From positions 1 to 64,000 of the forward strand of contig JBEGVH010000010.1 of the NCBI GenBank assembly GCA_041178425.1: a stretch of 64,000 bases of DNA, given 5' to 3'. This document shows, piece by piece, positions 1 through 12,657 of the stretch (positions within the stretch are counted from its first letter, which is position 1; each line of letters opens with the position of its first letter). Source of the DNA: Pseudomonadota bacterium. GTDB lineage: Bacteria > Bdellovibrionota > Bdellovibrionia > Bdellovibrionales > Bdellovibrionaceae. Position numbers and translations under genes: made by a program. The notes beneath the pieces were generated by a model. That model ran no database searches. It was not told the origin of the DNA and saw nothing but the letters and a program-made list of their open reading frames with translations.

Positions 1-822
<822 letters not shown>

Positions 823-904
823 AATGGAATTAACCTCGCTAAAAATCACTAGAATCAAACTATTCAATTGTCAAAGATCAAAATTTAAACGCAGACATTA
901 TGCT

Positions 905-981
<77 letters not shown>

Positions 982-991
982 AATGCCTAAC

Positions 992-1029
992 GCTCTTTCA
1001 AAACTAAATAGCTAGAAGATTTATGGGTT
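992..1029 (-). repeat. 3' arm of the 16S processing stem (inverted repeat of 2653-2694)
   Basis: GCTCTTTCAAAACTAAATAGCTAGAAGATTTATGGGTT is near-complementary to leader 2653-2694. This fits an RNase III processing stalk flanking 16S. Confidence 0.8.
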
Positions 1030-1062
1030 TCTACGAGAAAATCTCGTATGACCTAGGAAAAA

Positions 1063-2584
<1,522 letters not shown>

Positions 2585-2652
2585 AATTCTGTGAATCACT
2601 CAAACACTAAGCTTAAGCTTAATTGTTTGGGTTTTTAAAAAAAATGTTTAAG

Positions 2653-2694
2653 AACCCATAAATCTTTTATCTAGCTATTCAGTTTTCAAAGAGC
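2653..2694 (-). promoter_or_regulatory. rRNA leader boxA antitermination site and 5' arm of the 16S processing stem
   Basis: The minus strand reads GCTCTTTGAAAACTGAATAG (boxA-like). A second boxA-like GATCTTTGACAATTGAATAG lies before 23S at about 860-880. Confidence 0.75.
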
Positions 2695-2717
2695 TTTTTA
2701 TCGTTTCGAGGCTTCGT

Positions 2718-2746
2718 AACTTATTCGGCCTCTTTTTCTTCGTCAA
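2718..2746 (-). promoter_or_regulatory. sigma70-type rRNA promoter (proximal)
   Basis: TTGACG-N17-TAAGTT with an A-tract UP-like region upstream. Confidence 0.65.
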
Positions 2747-2799
2747 GCTTTTTTTTCGCTTTCTTTCACTTTTTTTTCCAAAAACTTTTTTATCGTTTT

Positions 2800-2875
<76 letters not shown>

Positions 2876-2898
2876 AAAAGCGTTTCGAAGTGGGGCTG

Positions 2899-2927
2899 AA
2901 TCTGTACTAAAGCGGGCGTTTGGTCAA
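2899..2927 (-). promoter_or_regulatory. putative sigma70 promoter for tRNA-Ala and the rRNA operon (distal)
   Basis: TTGACC-N17-CAGATT followed by the GC-rich discriminator-like CAGCCCC. Confidence 0.45.
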
Positions 2928-2938
2928 TAGGCTTTTTT

Positions 2939-2968
2939 AAAAAAAAATGGCCCCCTAATTGGAGGCCA
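2939..2968 (-). terminator. intrinsic terminator of the 3014-3529 gene
   Basis: Minus strand TGGCCTCC-AATTA-GGGGGCCA followed by a T run. Confidence 0.65.
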
Positions 2969-3013
2969 AGCATTTCTTGACGGGAATGTGTTTAATGCAA
3001 TAAATACAATATC

Positions 3014-3529
3014 TTAGGAGAAAGAAACCTGTGTTGGCGCAACGAGTCGAGCTAGCCAAGCCCTTTCCTGATCCATCCGAAACCCGATGATTTCGGCCCC
3101 CGAAATGATCGCAAAATAGGCTTTCTTGAGCATTTCAGCGTCTTTTGACCCAGAATCGTGTGAACCCAGGGTTTCTTCGATGGCCTCGAGAACGCTTAGT
3201 AAGTCTGGCGTAGTAACCACTCTCGGTAGTTTTTTGAGATCTAAACCGTTTATTGGTTTGGGTTTGAAGCCTACTAGGTGATCGGTGACTAGAATCTTTT
3301 TACTTTGATGAAGGTTTATCTGGAGAAAAGCCTTCCCATCCTGATCTTGCCTATGGAGGACCGCCTCTAAGCTACCAACGTCAATCGTTAGCTTCTTACC
3401 GTCAACCAATTGGGTGATCTCGAAAAAGGATACGTAATCCTTAACCTTAAGCCCGCTACTTCGTCCGATGAATCTGACAATCTCCTCAAGCATCCCGCTG
3501 ACGGAGGCACTGGTTCCTGAATGACTCAA
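3014..3529 (-). CDS. hypothetical protein (171 aa)
   Basis: ORF with a TTG start, a G-rich RBS, an upstream sigma28-like promoter and a downstream terminator. No family recognised. Confidence 0.75.
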   Translation of the reverse strand: MSHSGTSASVSGMLEEIVRFIGRSSGLKVKDYVSFFEITQLVDGKKLTIDVGSLEAVLHRQDQDGKAFLQINLHQSKKILVTDHLVGFKPKPINGLDLKKLPRVVTTPDLLSVLEAIEETLGSHDSGSKDAEMLKKAYFAIISGAEIIGFRMDQERAWLARLVAPTQVSFS

Positions 3530-3560
3530 TGGACCCCCAAAATCAGATTTTCTTCTGTTG

Positions 3561-3587
3561 TTATCGTCAGAATAAGTAAAAACTTAA
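3561..3587 (-). promoter_or_regulatory. putative sigma28 (FliA) promoter
   Basis: TTAAGTTT-N11-GACGATAA versus consensus TAAAGTTT-N11-GCCGATAA. Confidence 0.55.
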
Positions 3588-3706
3588 TTGTTTTTTCATC
3601 GTTTTTTGATTTTTATTAAACACTCTTCACTTTTGGTTTGTATGTCTCCAATTGTGAGTAATGTTTTTTCAGTTTTATTAAAAATAGATCAGTCAGGAGA
3701 ATAAAA

Positions 3707-4009
3707 ATGCTAGTTTTTCGATGGCAGGCCGGAACACCACCAACTGCAGATCAAATTAAAATGATCCTTATAGGGGAGGGGCTTGAGCCGAAAGAAGAAG
3801 TCTTTTTGAGAGCGGAAAAGCAAATCGAAAAAAAGCACCCCTTTGGAGAGGTTCGCTTCGTTGCTGAAGGAGAGCTACTTCTAAATGTAGCTGGCACTCA
3901 GCTTTTGCTAAGGACTGGGGATCGAATTGAGATACCGGCTAACACAAAACACTCCTATTCTGCCCAGGCCAGCACCGCTATTACCTATTTCTCGCATAGA
4001 CCATATTAA
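3707..4009 (+). CDS. cupin domain protein
   Basis: HPFGEVRFVAEG...GDRIEIPANTKHS matches cupin motifs 1 and 2, with an AGGAGA RBS. Confidence 0.85.
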   Translation: MLVFRWQAGTPPTADQIKMILIGEGLEPKEEVFLRAEKQIEKKHPFGEVRFVAEGELLLNVAGTQLLLRTGDRIEIPANTKHSYSAQASTAITYFSHRPY

Positions 4010-4024
4010 AGAAGAAAGACATTA

Positions 4025-4050
4025 TGAGCCTTAGCGCAAGCTAGGGCTCA
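4025..4050. terminator. hairpin between the convergent cupin and rarA genes
   Basis: TGAGCCTTAGC-GCAA-GCTAGGGCTCA gives an 11-bp stem with a GNRA loop and no clear U-tract. Confidence 0.5.
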
Positions 4051-4112
4051 AACTGAAGTTGCTCACCGAGTTTTTTTCTACATTAATATCGTATTGTATC
4101 CATCTGCCACAT

Positions 4113-5387
4113 TTATATCTTGCTCTTAAGCCAAAGAGCATAGTCTCTTATAGTCTTTTCAAATCCCCGCTCGCTGGGCTCATAAAATGCGGGAACACTC
4201 TCGCAATCTGGGAAATACTGCTGCTCCACCCAACCCTTTGGAAAGTCGTGGGGATATTTATACCCCACTCCATAACCCAATTTAGTCATCTCTTGGGTGC
4301 GTGACGACCTAAGATGAAGGGGGACCGCTACGGATTTCAATTTTTCAACGAAGGCCTTGGCTTTCAACCAACCCTTGTAGCTTCTATTAGACTTGGGAGC
4401 ACTCGACAGATAAGTCACAACTTGAGCAAGATTTATCCCACATTCTGGCAGTCCCACCATTTGAACGGCTTCTGCCCCCGCCACGGCTACTTGCAATGCG
4501 CGTGGATCAGCATTGCCAACATCTTCGCTAGCAAGAATAACTAACCTACGCGCAATGAAAAAAGGATCCTCTCCTGAATCAATCATTCTCGCCAGATAAT
4601 AGAGGGAAGCGTCGGCATCAGAACCTCGAATACTTTTTATGAGTGCCGAAATTAAATCATAGTGATTATCAGACCTCTTATCAAAGGCCAGAGCTTGTTT
4701 TGGGATAACTTCCCGAACTTGCCTGTCATTAAGAGGAAGTAGTTCTGGATTTTGCTCATTAAAAACTATTAGTATCTCGATAAGGTTCAAAAGCCTTCGA
4801 GCATCTCCATCTGCAAGCTCTACAACCAAATCAAGAGCCTCCTGAGTTAACCAGGATAAATCTTTATTGTATTGGCGACAGGCTTTCTCAAGAATTTTAA
4901 GTAAGTCCGCTTTTTCGAGACTTTCAAAGACTAAAAGGTGGCATCGACTCAGTAGTGCGCGATTAAGCTCATAACCTGGATTTTCAGTTGTTGCTCCAAT
5001 TAGAACAAAGTCCCCCTGTTCAATAAATGGCAACAATACGTCTTGCTGGGACTTATTTAGTCTGTGGATCTCATCGACAAAAACTATGGTTTGTCGACCG
5101 TTTAAACGCATCATTAATTGGGCCTGTTGACCAATTTCTCTGATGTTTTTCGATCCAATTTCTACTGCGTTAAGTGGGATAAATTCACAATCAAACTCAG
5201 CACCCAATAGCAGAGCCAGGGACGTTTTACCGGAACCAGGGGGGCCCCATAGTACCAAATTACTTAGCCTTCTCGATTTAATACAATATCCAATTATAGA
5301 ATTGGCACCCATAATTTTGTTTTGGCCAAAAAAATCAGATAAAGCTTTAGGCCTCAATTGATTTGCTAAGGGACCAACACTGCTCAT
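4113..5387 (-). CDS. rarA: replication-associated recombination protein A (AAA+ ATPase)
   Basis: PLANQLRP, GPPGSGKT, DEIHRLNKSQQD, GATTENP, KSIRGSDADA, ASEDVGNADP and YKYPHD motifs. Confidence 0.95.
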   Translation of the reverse strand: MSSVGPLANQLRPKALSDFFGQNKIMGANSIIGYCIKSRRLSNLVLWGPPGSGKTSLALLLGAEFDCEFIPLNAVEIGSKNIREIGQQAQLMMRLNGRQTIVFVDEIHRLNKSQQDVLLPFIEQGDFVLIGATTENPGYELNRALLSRCHLLVFESLEKADLLKILEKACRQYNKDLSWLTQEALDLVVELADGDARRLLNLIEILIVFNEQNPELLPLNDRQVREVIPKQALAFDKRSDNHYDLISALIKSIRGSDADASLYYLARMIDSGEDPFFIARRLVILASEDVGNADPRALQVAVAGAEAVQMVGLPECGINLAQVVTYLSSAPKSNRSYKGWLKAKAFVEKLKSVAVPLHLRSSRTQEMTKLGYGVGYKYPHDFPKGWVEQQYFPDCESVPAFYEPSERGFEKTIRDYALWLKSKI

Positions 5388-5532
5388 AACTCTTTTCCTC
5401 TCGATGGCGAACTAGGATATGGATCAGAGTTATCTTTCATTAGGATAAAAATAAATTACTAAGGCAGTGTTCTAGGGATTAAATTGAAGAAAAAACCCCT
5501 TCTGACTCACCACCCACAACTGATAAGAAATC

Positions 5533-7839
5533 CTACTCCAGCTTTAGATCACCCTCATTGGAATTCATCGAATCTGACTGAATAGGCTTATCTTGAGCAA
5601 AAATACTTCCTCCGGCCTGAGATAGAACTCTTGGGGTCAAGAACAAGAGCAGCTCCGTCTTATCCTTATGAAAATTACCGCTTCTAAAGAAAAACCCGAA
5701 AATTGGAAGATCCTTTAAAAATGGAACTCCGGTATCTAACTGACTGGAGTCATTCTGATAAATCCCGCCAATAACAGCAGTTTGTCCACTTTTAACCATA
5801 ACTTTCGTTTTAGCAGAACGAGAGTGGGAGCCAGCACTGCCGTCGGACCGAACGGCCCCCAAAAACTCTCTCATAATATCCACTTCTAGCTGAACGACTC
5901 CGTTATTTGCTACTTCTGGTTTAACTTTTAGCTCCATTTTTAGAGGAAGGTCTTTGTATGTTTTACTTCCATCTTTCTTATTCTCAGATGCCAAGACGGC
6001 AACGGTAGCCATCTGGCTAATGTTTGCCGCTTCATTGTGGAGGGTGACAATTCGAGGTGAAGAAATCACCCGCACATTTTCCTCTTGTTCCTCAAGGGAA
6101 AGAACGGCATTGAGGTCTCCTAATATATCTAACGTACCTAAACTAAGATTAAACCCCAAACTACCACCTGATAAAGCACCAGGTCTGATCGCCAAGTTGG
6201 GAACCATGTTGATTGGACCATTCGGACCGTCTCCTAGGCTCATGGGAGTTCCGGTCACTTCCCATTGAATTCCTAGTCTCTTGTTGAAGCTCTCACGAGC
6301 CTCAACGAGTTTGCCCTCAATGAGCACCTGGGCCGGAGCAATATCTAAGCTGGAAATAATTTTTCTAGCTCTTTCTAAAACTTCTTCGGTTTCGGTAATG
6401 ATCAGCGAGTTTGTCCTATTGTCAGCAACTAAACTTCCTCTTTCCGAAATCACCGTCTTTATTTGAGCTTGAAGATCACTTATCTTAGCGTAGTTTATTG
6501 GTATCATCTGAACCTTTAGGACTTCAACTTTCCTCCTAGATTCGACAATTTTAAGAGCATCTTCCTCCTCTTGCTTTATCTCCGATAGAGGGGAAATTCG
6601 AAGAACATTTCCTTGCCGAGTGTATCCTAACTTTTTGGCCTTCAATATAAGTACCAAGGCTTGGTCCCAGGGGACGTTCTTAAGCTTGATGGCTAAATTT
6701 CCAGAAACACCTTCTGACATTATTATATTGGCACCACTTTCCTCAGCTATAAGATTGATAGCATCTCGAACTTCGATATCTTTCATCTCAATGGAAATCT
6801 TTTTTCCAAAATATCTCATATTACCTGATAAAAAGGTCTCAAGATTTTTGCTTGAGAGGATATTAGCAGAAGTACCCGTACCGGTCTGAAACTCACTTGT
6901 GGAGGGTGCATCCGGAGCCTTCACTGAATTGTCAGCCAATATTGCCTGGGGAACAATAATCACTGAGCTTCCTTCCGAATGAGCCGCTGGTTCACTCGCT
7001 CCTTCGCGCAATTGAACAACCACTCTTACTGTATCACCATTAGGTGTTTGATAGGCATCAATAGAACCAATGGAACTAGGGAAATCTTTTGTAATAAAAG
7101 GTCTTTTTAGACGCTTTGGAAGCTGAGCACCACTGATCTCCACCACGAACTGATTTGATTCAGCATTCATGCGAGTTGTATAATCCAGCGGCTGATTTCC
7201 TTCGATGATGAGTGCGCCACCACTCTCGTTTCCCTCAAACTTGATGTTTGAAATCTCGGCTCTTCCCGATCCTTTTGAACTTACCTGATTAGACTTGGAT
7301 TGTGATGCATCTTCGACGATGGGTTCTGTAACCGTTGATGATCCGTCATTTTTTGCTAAATCCTGCAAAGGATCATCGCTCAATTCAGAAACGGATAGTG
7401 AAGACTCTTCCTTTGCAGATTTTGGAGTAGACTCAATTTCGACCTGAGGATCGTTGAATGACTCTTCCTTCGTCGGAGATTGTGCAACCTCTGCATCTTT
7501 TGTCCCAGAATCGCTTTGTTTATCCATTGGGGCCAAATCGTCTTGCAGTTCTTCACCAAGCGATTCATCGCTACCCACAATTTTCTGCTCTTTTTCTAAA
7601 TCTTGATCGACGCTATCGAAGTCATCTCCTCCGGAAGACGAGGAACTTTCAGAACCACCATCCGCTAGCAAATCTCCAGAACCAGCCCCAGAATCAGCAC
7701 CATCGCCAGTGTCTGAAGGTTGAGCGACAGCGCCGTCATCCGCAAAGTCACCTCCATCATCACTGACAGGCTGCCCTGCACAGGAGAGGAGGGCGATGCA
7801 TAAATACCCAAGAATCACAATTTTAAGCGCAGATCTCAT
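5533..7839 (-). CDS. pilQ: type IV pilus secretin PilQ
   Basis: AMIN-like domain, LKNVPWDQAL, QVLIEGKLVE and the secretin signature GVPFLKDLPIFGFFF; last gene of pilMNOP. Confidence 0.95.
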   Translation of the reverse strand: MRSALKIVILGYLCIALLSCAGQPVSDDGGDFADDGAVAQPSDTGDGADSGAGSGDLLADGGSESSSSSGGDDFDSVDQDLEKEQKIVGSDESLGEELQDDLAPMDKQSDSGTKDAEVAQSPTKEESFNDPQVEIESTPKSAKEESSLSVSELSDDPLQDLAKNDGSSTVTEPIVEDASQSKSNQVSSKGSGRAEISNIKFEGNESGGALIIEGNQPLDYTTRMNAESNQFVVEISGAQLPKRLKRPFITKDFPSSIGSIDAYQTPNGDTVRVVVQLREGASEPAAHSEGSSVIIVPQAILADNSVKAPDAPSTSEFQTGTGTSANILSSKNLETFLSGNMRYFGKKISIEMKDIEVRDAINLIAEESGANIIMSEGVSGNLAIKLKNVPWDQALVLILKAKKLGYTRQGNVLRISPLSEIKQEEEDALKIVESRRKVEVLKVQMIPINYAKISDLQAQIKTVISERGSLVADNRTNSLIITETEEVLERARKIISSLDIAPAQVLIEGKLVEARESFNKRLGIQWEVTGTPMSLGDGPNGPINMVPNLAIRPGALSGGSLGFNLSLGTLDILGDLNAVLSLEEQEENVRVISSPRIVTLHNEAANISQMATVAVLASENKKDGSKTYKDLPLKMELKVKPEVANNGVVQLEVDIMREFLGAVRSDGSAGSHSRSAKTKVMVKSGQTAVIGGIYQNDSSQLDTGVPFLKDLPIFGFFFRSGNFHKDKTELLLFLTPRVLSQAGGSIFAQDKPIQSDSMNSNEGDLKLE

Positions 7840-7857
7840 AAATTCGACCTCCAGAAA

Positions 7858-8571
7858 TTACCTTCGAATTGGTAAAACCACTGATTCCTTAACAGTTTTC
7901 CCATTTATATCAAAAAGTTCGACCACCACAATTTCACCCTCTCGAATCTCTGCTATAAATCCTTCGTTTCGACCTATCCTTTGACCCTTTAATCCAGTGT
8001 GAACACGTTTCTCTGGATCCTGAATGAGGGCCTTTGGCTTTTCGTTACCCCAAACAATTGCAACTACTTCTAGAGATTTAATATCAAATTTTTCAAGCGG
8101 TTCTGGTGTCCGCGAAGCTGCTCGCAATTGCCCAACACCTATTCGAGAGTCTCTGAAAGGACGAAACGGATCTCGCTTCCCCACAGGTTCATATCTATAC
8201 TCGCCCGAATTTTCTACCATGGGTAGATTAGGCACTACGTTATTGAGCTCAGAATTTGGTTCTCCAAAATTGGGTTTATTGTCGAACGATTCACCAAGAT
8301 TTTCGTTCTCATTAATTCCGTTAGAATTCGGACTTCCACTCTTCGAATCTAAGGCCATTGGGTCATCCACTTTCCCGGAATTAAGATCTCCGGTTGGTGG
8401 CGTGGTCTGACCAATGCCTTGATTTCCCGCCGGGAGAATTTCCGAGTTTTGAGCCAGCACACTCTTATGGGAAAAAACTTGCCCCGCGAGATAGAGCCCC
8501 ATGAATACTGAAATTAAACCGATTATTAAGAGACCGAGCTGAGTTATTCTCGAGGTTTGACGGTTATTCAT
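7858..8571 (-). CDS. pilP: type IV pilus assembly protein PilP
   Basis: YEPVGKRDPF, PLEKFDI and GQRIGRNEG motifs; operon position. Confidence 0.9.
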   Translation of the reverse strand: MNNRQTSRITQLGLLIIGLISVFMGLYLAGQVFSHKSVLAQNSEILPAGNQGIGQTTPPTGDLNSGKVDDPMALDSKSGSPNSNGINENENLGESFDNKPNFGEPNSELNNVVPNLPMVENSGEYRYEPVGKRDPFRPFRDSRIGVGQLRAASRTPEPLEKFDIKSLEVVAIVWGNEKPKALIQDPEKRVHTGLKGQRIGRNEGFIAEIREGEIVVVELFDINGKTVKESVVLPIRR

Positions 8572-9173
8572 TTCGTCTCTCCGCTCGGTTTGGCATTCGG
8601 AGATTCTGGTGGCTTTCGATATTTATAACCAACGACTCGTGTAGCGAGCTTAAGATTCCCATTATAATCTTGAGAACTGTTAGAGAATTGGAAATTACCT
8701 AGATTTGTAACTCTCTCCATGGTGCCAATATTATAGAGCAGCAATAATAGATTATTAAAGGTTCCTGAAAATTCCATACTCACAGGAACTTCTTCGTATA
8801 GTTCCTTTATCTCAACATTCTCTTTTTTAACTTGAACCACCCTCACATTGGCAGCCTTAGCAAGCTGATTGATCGCAGTAATAATCTCGTCTGATTTCAA
8901 ATTGACAGGGAAGCGAGCAGTTACCTCTTTGAACTTATCACTGAGCGCCCCTACCTGACTTTTGATTTCTCTTTCTTCCGCTTTTACTTTATCAGTTTCG
9001 ATTTTTTTTTGTTCTTCTGCCTGCAGACTCGCTTGAACTTCTGCAATTTGATTCTTGAGTTTGCTACCATCATCGTAAATATTTAGATAATAGAGTCCGC
9101 CAATAAGTGCAGAAACAGCAATTGTTTGCGAAACCGTTAACTGATTGAGAAATTGACCCAAAGAATTACTCAT
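8568..9173 (-). CDS. pilO: type IV pilus assembly protein PilO
   Basis: N-terminal TM, coiled coil and ELYEEVPVSMEFSGTF; operon position. Confidence 0.9.
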   Translation of the reverse strand: MSNSLGQFLNQLTVSQTIAVSALIGGLYYLNIYDDGSKLKNQIAEVQASLQAEEQKKIETDKVKAEEREIKSQVGALSDKFKEVTARFPVNLKSDEIITAINQLAKAANVRVVQVKKENVEIKELYEEVPVSMEFSGTFNNLLLLLYNIGTMERVTNLGNFQFSNSSQDYNGNLKLATRVVGYKYRKPPESPNAKPSGETK

Positions 9174-9856
9174 TTACCCACCTCTAACACAAAGTTGAGA
9201 GTAAACTTTTTGAATTTCTTACTGTCCGAGTCTCTCTGTCCAACGTCCTCGGATGAAAGCATACTCACATCGGAGAAATGTACACTTCTACCCATGACAT
9301 CGAGGAACTGGCTAATTTCACTGTCGGACATTGAGATTCCTTCAGCTTCGAGGACGTTATCATTCGATTTCAAACCCAAAAACCACATTTTTTCGGGAAT
9401 ATTCGATTGAATAAGATCTAATGCCCTTACGTATTTAACCCGAACTTTCGAAATTCCATCGAGCGATTCTATCTGCTTTTCTATCTGATTTTTCAGTTCT
9501 TGTAGCTTTTTAATTTCAGCCACCGCGGAGGAAGCATTATTATTATAGTTGGTAAGCTCTTCTAGCTTTTGACTCTCGTCTGCCAACTCAGATTGAAGCT
9601 TAGGAATATTGATCGTTTCGTGGTATTTCAAACCTCCGGCAATGCCAAAAATAATAACTATTTTGACCAGGACAGCCTTCGGATTTATCGACCCAACTTC
9701 GGAATCAAAATCGTCCGTAGCTCCATCGGAGCTTTTATTTGAAGCGAACTTTGCAAACAACGTTTTTAAGGAAAATCCCGATAGCCCGGATGTCGCTGAT
9801 TGCCCATCTGCGGAGGGCGCCTCTTTAAGTGCTCGGAGAAGATTTATTTTGATCAT
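9170..9856 (-). CDS. pilN: type IV pilus assembly protein PilN
   Basis: MIKINLL PilM-binding motif, TM, coiled coil and IPEKMW. Confidence 0.9.
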   Translation of the reverse strand: MIKINLLRALKEAPSADGQSATSGLSGFSLKTLFAKFASNKSSDGATDDFDSEVGSINPKAVLVKIVIIFGIAGGLKYHETINIPKLQSELADESQKLEELTNYNNNASSAVAEIKKLQELKNQIEKQIESLDGISKVRVKYVRALDLIQSNIPEKMWFLGLKSNDNVLEAEGISMSDSEISQFLDVMGRSVHFSDVSMLSSEDVGQRDSDSKKFKKFTLNFVLEVGK

Positions 9857-10905
9857 TCTTTAAACGCCTCTCTCGAAGCAAGTCCAACGGCGATAGGAGC
9901 CAAATACGATATTTTTTCTAAATAATTTATGTTAAATTTCTTGGTGTTTACTTTTATTTTTTTAAATGGGTCCATCTTTTCAAAGGTCATCCCCAAGGAG
10001 ATAGCCACTTGTTGAATCAAACTTGATAAATGGGCACTTCCTCCCGAAAAAAAGACCCGAGACACGTTGAATCCAACGTTAGAGGCTGAAAAGAAATCAA
10101 AACTGTTTTTAATTTCCTCGACCATTTTTTCAATTTCCGAGCTAATGATAGCATGGACTTCATCAGGGACCTCAGCCCCTGCCAATGCACTTATTTTAAA
10201 AGTATCAGCCTCTGGAAGTGAAATTCCCAAACTTCTAGAAATCTCAAGACTTATACTATTTCCACCAACACCGATATCACGGCAAAAAATTAGATCTCCG
10301 TTGTGGAGCACAACAAAATTGGTCGTTTCAGCACCGAAGTTCATCAGTGCAATTGTTTCATTGGGAAATGTACCGTAGTTAAGTTCAAAGCAATTCGCTA
10401 AAGCAACACTGTTCGCATCCATTATCGAGCACTTTAAACCACTGAGTGAGATGGCCTCCACATACTGAACTAATTGGTCGCTCTTGGCTGCGATAACAAG
10501 TACGTCCATTGTATCTGTTGACTGATTAGTTTCTAAAACAACATGGGTTAGAGCAACGCTCGAAATATCGAACGGAATGTATTGCTCGGCTTCAAACCGG
10601 ATGGTTTCGCGTAGCACCTTTGAATCAACTCTTGGTATAGATATTCTCTTGATAATGATCGAGGATCCCCACATACCAGTAACGGAATTTTTAGTTTTCG
10701 TTTTACTATCCTGAATCAATCCTGATATTGCTCCCGCCAAGGGCCCAGCTTCGTTAATTTGACCATTGGATATTGCATCAGGCGGAGTGGGAACTACACC
10801 AAACGACACCAGACTATAGCCCCCACTGACAGCCTCAAGCTCAACTAATTTTATTGAGCTTGAACCAAGATCAATACCTATGACCTTTTTTGAATTAAAA
10901 AACAT
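9853..10905 (-). CDS. pilM: type IV pilus assembly protein PilM
   Basis: Actin-like IGIDLGSSSIKLVEL, EAEQYIPF and FSGGSA. Confidence 0.95.
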   Translation of the reverse strand: MFFNSKKVIGIDLGSSSIKLVELEAVSGGYSLVSFGVVPTPPDAISNGQINEAGPLAGAISGLIQDSKTKTKNSVTGMWGSSIIIKRISIPRVDSKVLRETIRFEAEQYIPFDISSVALTHVVLETNQSTDTMDVLVIAAKSDQLVQYVEAISLSGLKCSIMDANSVALANCFELNYGTFPNETIALMNFGAETTNFVVLHNGDLIFCRDIGVGGNSISLEISRSLGISLPEADTFKISALAGAEVPDEVHAIISSEIEKMVEEIKNSFDFFSASNVGFNVSRVFFSGGSAHLSSLIQQVAISLGMTFEKMDPFKKIKVNTKKFNINYLEKISYLAPIAVGLASREAFKE

Positions 10906-10922
10906 GGCGACTCCCTTTTTTC

Positions 10923-10951
10923 ATTAGAAAAAAGGGCTCGATAAGAGTCAA
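10923..10951 (-). promoter_or_regulatory. sigma70-type promoter of pilMNOPQ
   Basis: TTGACT-N17-TCTAAT, 17 nt upstream of the ATG, with a GGGAG RBS. Confidence 0.6.
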
Positions 10952-11082
10952 ACTTACGGCGTGTTTCGGACGTGAAAAGCATGAAATTCGGACTTAGGAC
11001 TCGCCAAAACTCAGTACGCTACCTTTTCTATAGAGTAATCGTGAAGTCAGATTGATTACGCAGGACTACACCTAGGTCGTGG

Positions 11083-11880
11083 CTAGGGCTCTATTTGCGA
11101 AGGAAAGAGAATTTTTGTATACCAGAGACCAATTTCGGAATCGGCGAATAAATAGAGGAGGGCACCAAAAACTAAATAGGGACCGAAAGGGATCGCAGTT
11201 TTGAGATTTCCTTTCAGTTTCACCATCAATAAAATTCCAACCACCGACCCCGAAAGACTTGAGACAAGAATTATGAAGGGAATAGCCTTCCATCCTAAAA
11301 TGGCTCCCATCCAAGCAAGTAGCTTGATATCTCCCCCTCCCATTCCTTCTTCTTTTCTCAGGATCCAGTAAGCATATGCAATAAGCCACAAAAACCCTCC
11401 GCCCATTAGTACTCCCCAAAGAGCATCCATAAATTCACGTTCGGGGTTCAGAGCGGCACCGATTAAACCAAGAGCCATCCCTCCAATTGTGAAGATATCC
11501 GGCAGGATGAAATGATCAATGTCGATGAAACTAACAACAATCAAACCAAAAAGGAAGATTCCATACTCAAGGGTAATCCACTGCAATCCAAACCTTTGAT
11601 AAAGAAGAGCGAAGAGCACTGCCATGATCAATTCGACGAAGGGATAGCGGATGGAAAATTTGGCCTGACAGTTGAAACAACGGCCTTTCAGCACGAACCA
11701 AGAAAAGATTGGGATATTGTGATACCACGGAACGGTCTTACCGCAAGCCTGGCACTGACTTCTTGGAAAGGCCACACTCTTTCCCAGGGGTAATCGATAA
11801 ATAACTACATTACCAAAACTTCCAAGCAACGCTCCAAGAATAAAGAATACAAGAGTAAGCACAGCCTGATCCAATTCCAT
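11083..11880 (-). CDS. pilD: prepilin peptidase / N-methyltransferase
   Basis: GSFGNVVIYRLP, two CxxC pairs, IDIDHFILPD, GMGGGDIKL and IPFGPYL. Confidence 0.96.
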   Translation of the reverse strand: MELDQAVLTLVFFILGALLGSFGNVVIYRLPLGKSVAFPRSQCQACGKTVPWYHNIPIFSWFVLKGRCFNCQAKFSIRYPFVELIMAVLFALLYQRFGLQWITLEYGIFLFGLIVVSFIDIDHFILPDIFTIGGMALGLIGAALNPEREFMDALWGVLMGGGFLWLIAYAYWILRKEEGMGGGDIKLLAWMGAILGWKAIPFIILVSSLSGSVVGILLMVKLKGNLKTAIPFGPYLVFGALLYLFADSEIGLWYTKILFPSQIEP

Positions 11881-11892
11881 TTTTACTCCACA

Positions 11893-12657
11893 TTAAATCA
11901 AATTTTTTCGATTGAATATTACCGTAGCGATGACTGCGAGAATGACAACCCAGCCAATTCCATGAAAAATACTGGCTCCGAAAATATCAAATCCGAGGCC
12001 AGCCTCCAATACATAGGGACTTCGCCAATTGAGTCGATAGAGATTGGGGAGCGTCCAATCCATAAATTCTGAAAATCCAAAATAAAAAACACTATTCGCC
12101 TTCGATGCAAAATATTTGAGGCTCTCAAGCCAATGCCCCATCAAGTAGATGCCCAAACTTGCAAAAATACCAACGAATGGAGAAACAACTAAACTCAGTA
12201 GAAGAGACAGCATCAAAAGAATAGAAGACTCCACCAAAATTCCGATGATAATAATTATAAAATTTGAAAGGGCTCCCCAGGTTTTTAGAAGCATAAATAA
12301 GCCCCCTCCGAGTAGGATCGTAGAAAAAAGAGCCACTGAAAAGATTCCGATAAATTTACCAACCAATAATTCCGGTCGACTGAGAGGCGTCGAAAGAAGT
12401 GTCATGTAAGTTTGACGATCGAGTTCTCGCCTGAGAGACCCTCCTCCGATAAATATACATACTCCAAGATTTAACCAATGAATGGCCGAAACTCCTAAAT
12501 CAAAAAGAATTCGATTGTGCTCTTCAAAGCTCATCTCTCCGAGCAAAATACTCAAAATAAAAAAACCAATAACCCCCATTAAGAGAATCAGAAAAAACCG
12601 GTCACGGTAAATTTCTCTGAATGAGTTTAGAGCTATTGCCAAGACTCTGTGGTTCAT
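11893..12657 (-). CDS. pilI: ABC transporter permease (PilI-like)
   Basis: Multi-TM ABC-2 permease (LLSTPLSRPELLVGKFIG) between the ABC ATPase and pilD, matching the pilH-pilI-pilD order known from Myxococcus. Confidence 0.75.
   Translation of the reverse strand: MNHRVLAIALNSFREIYRDRFFLILLMGVIGFFILSILLGEMSFEEHNRILFDLGVSAIHWLNLGVCIFIGGGSLRRELDRQTYMTLLSTPLSRPELLVGKFIGIFSVALFSTILLGGGLFMLLKTWGALSNFIIIIIGILVESSILLMLSLLLSLVVSPFVGIFASLGIYLMGHWLESLKYFASKANSVFYFGFSEFMDWTLPNLYRLNWRSPYVLEAGLGFDIFGASIFHGIGWVVILAVIATVIFNRKNLI

Noticed and set aside
10906..11082. Riboswitch or sRNA between pilD and pilM
   Set aside because: No c-di-GMP or other riboswitch consensus was recognised, and the predicted promoter is only 17 nt from the pilM start.
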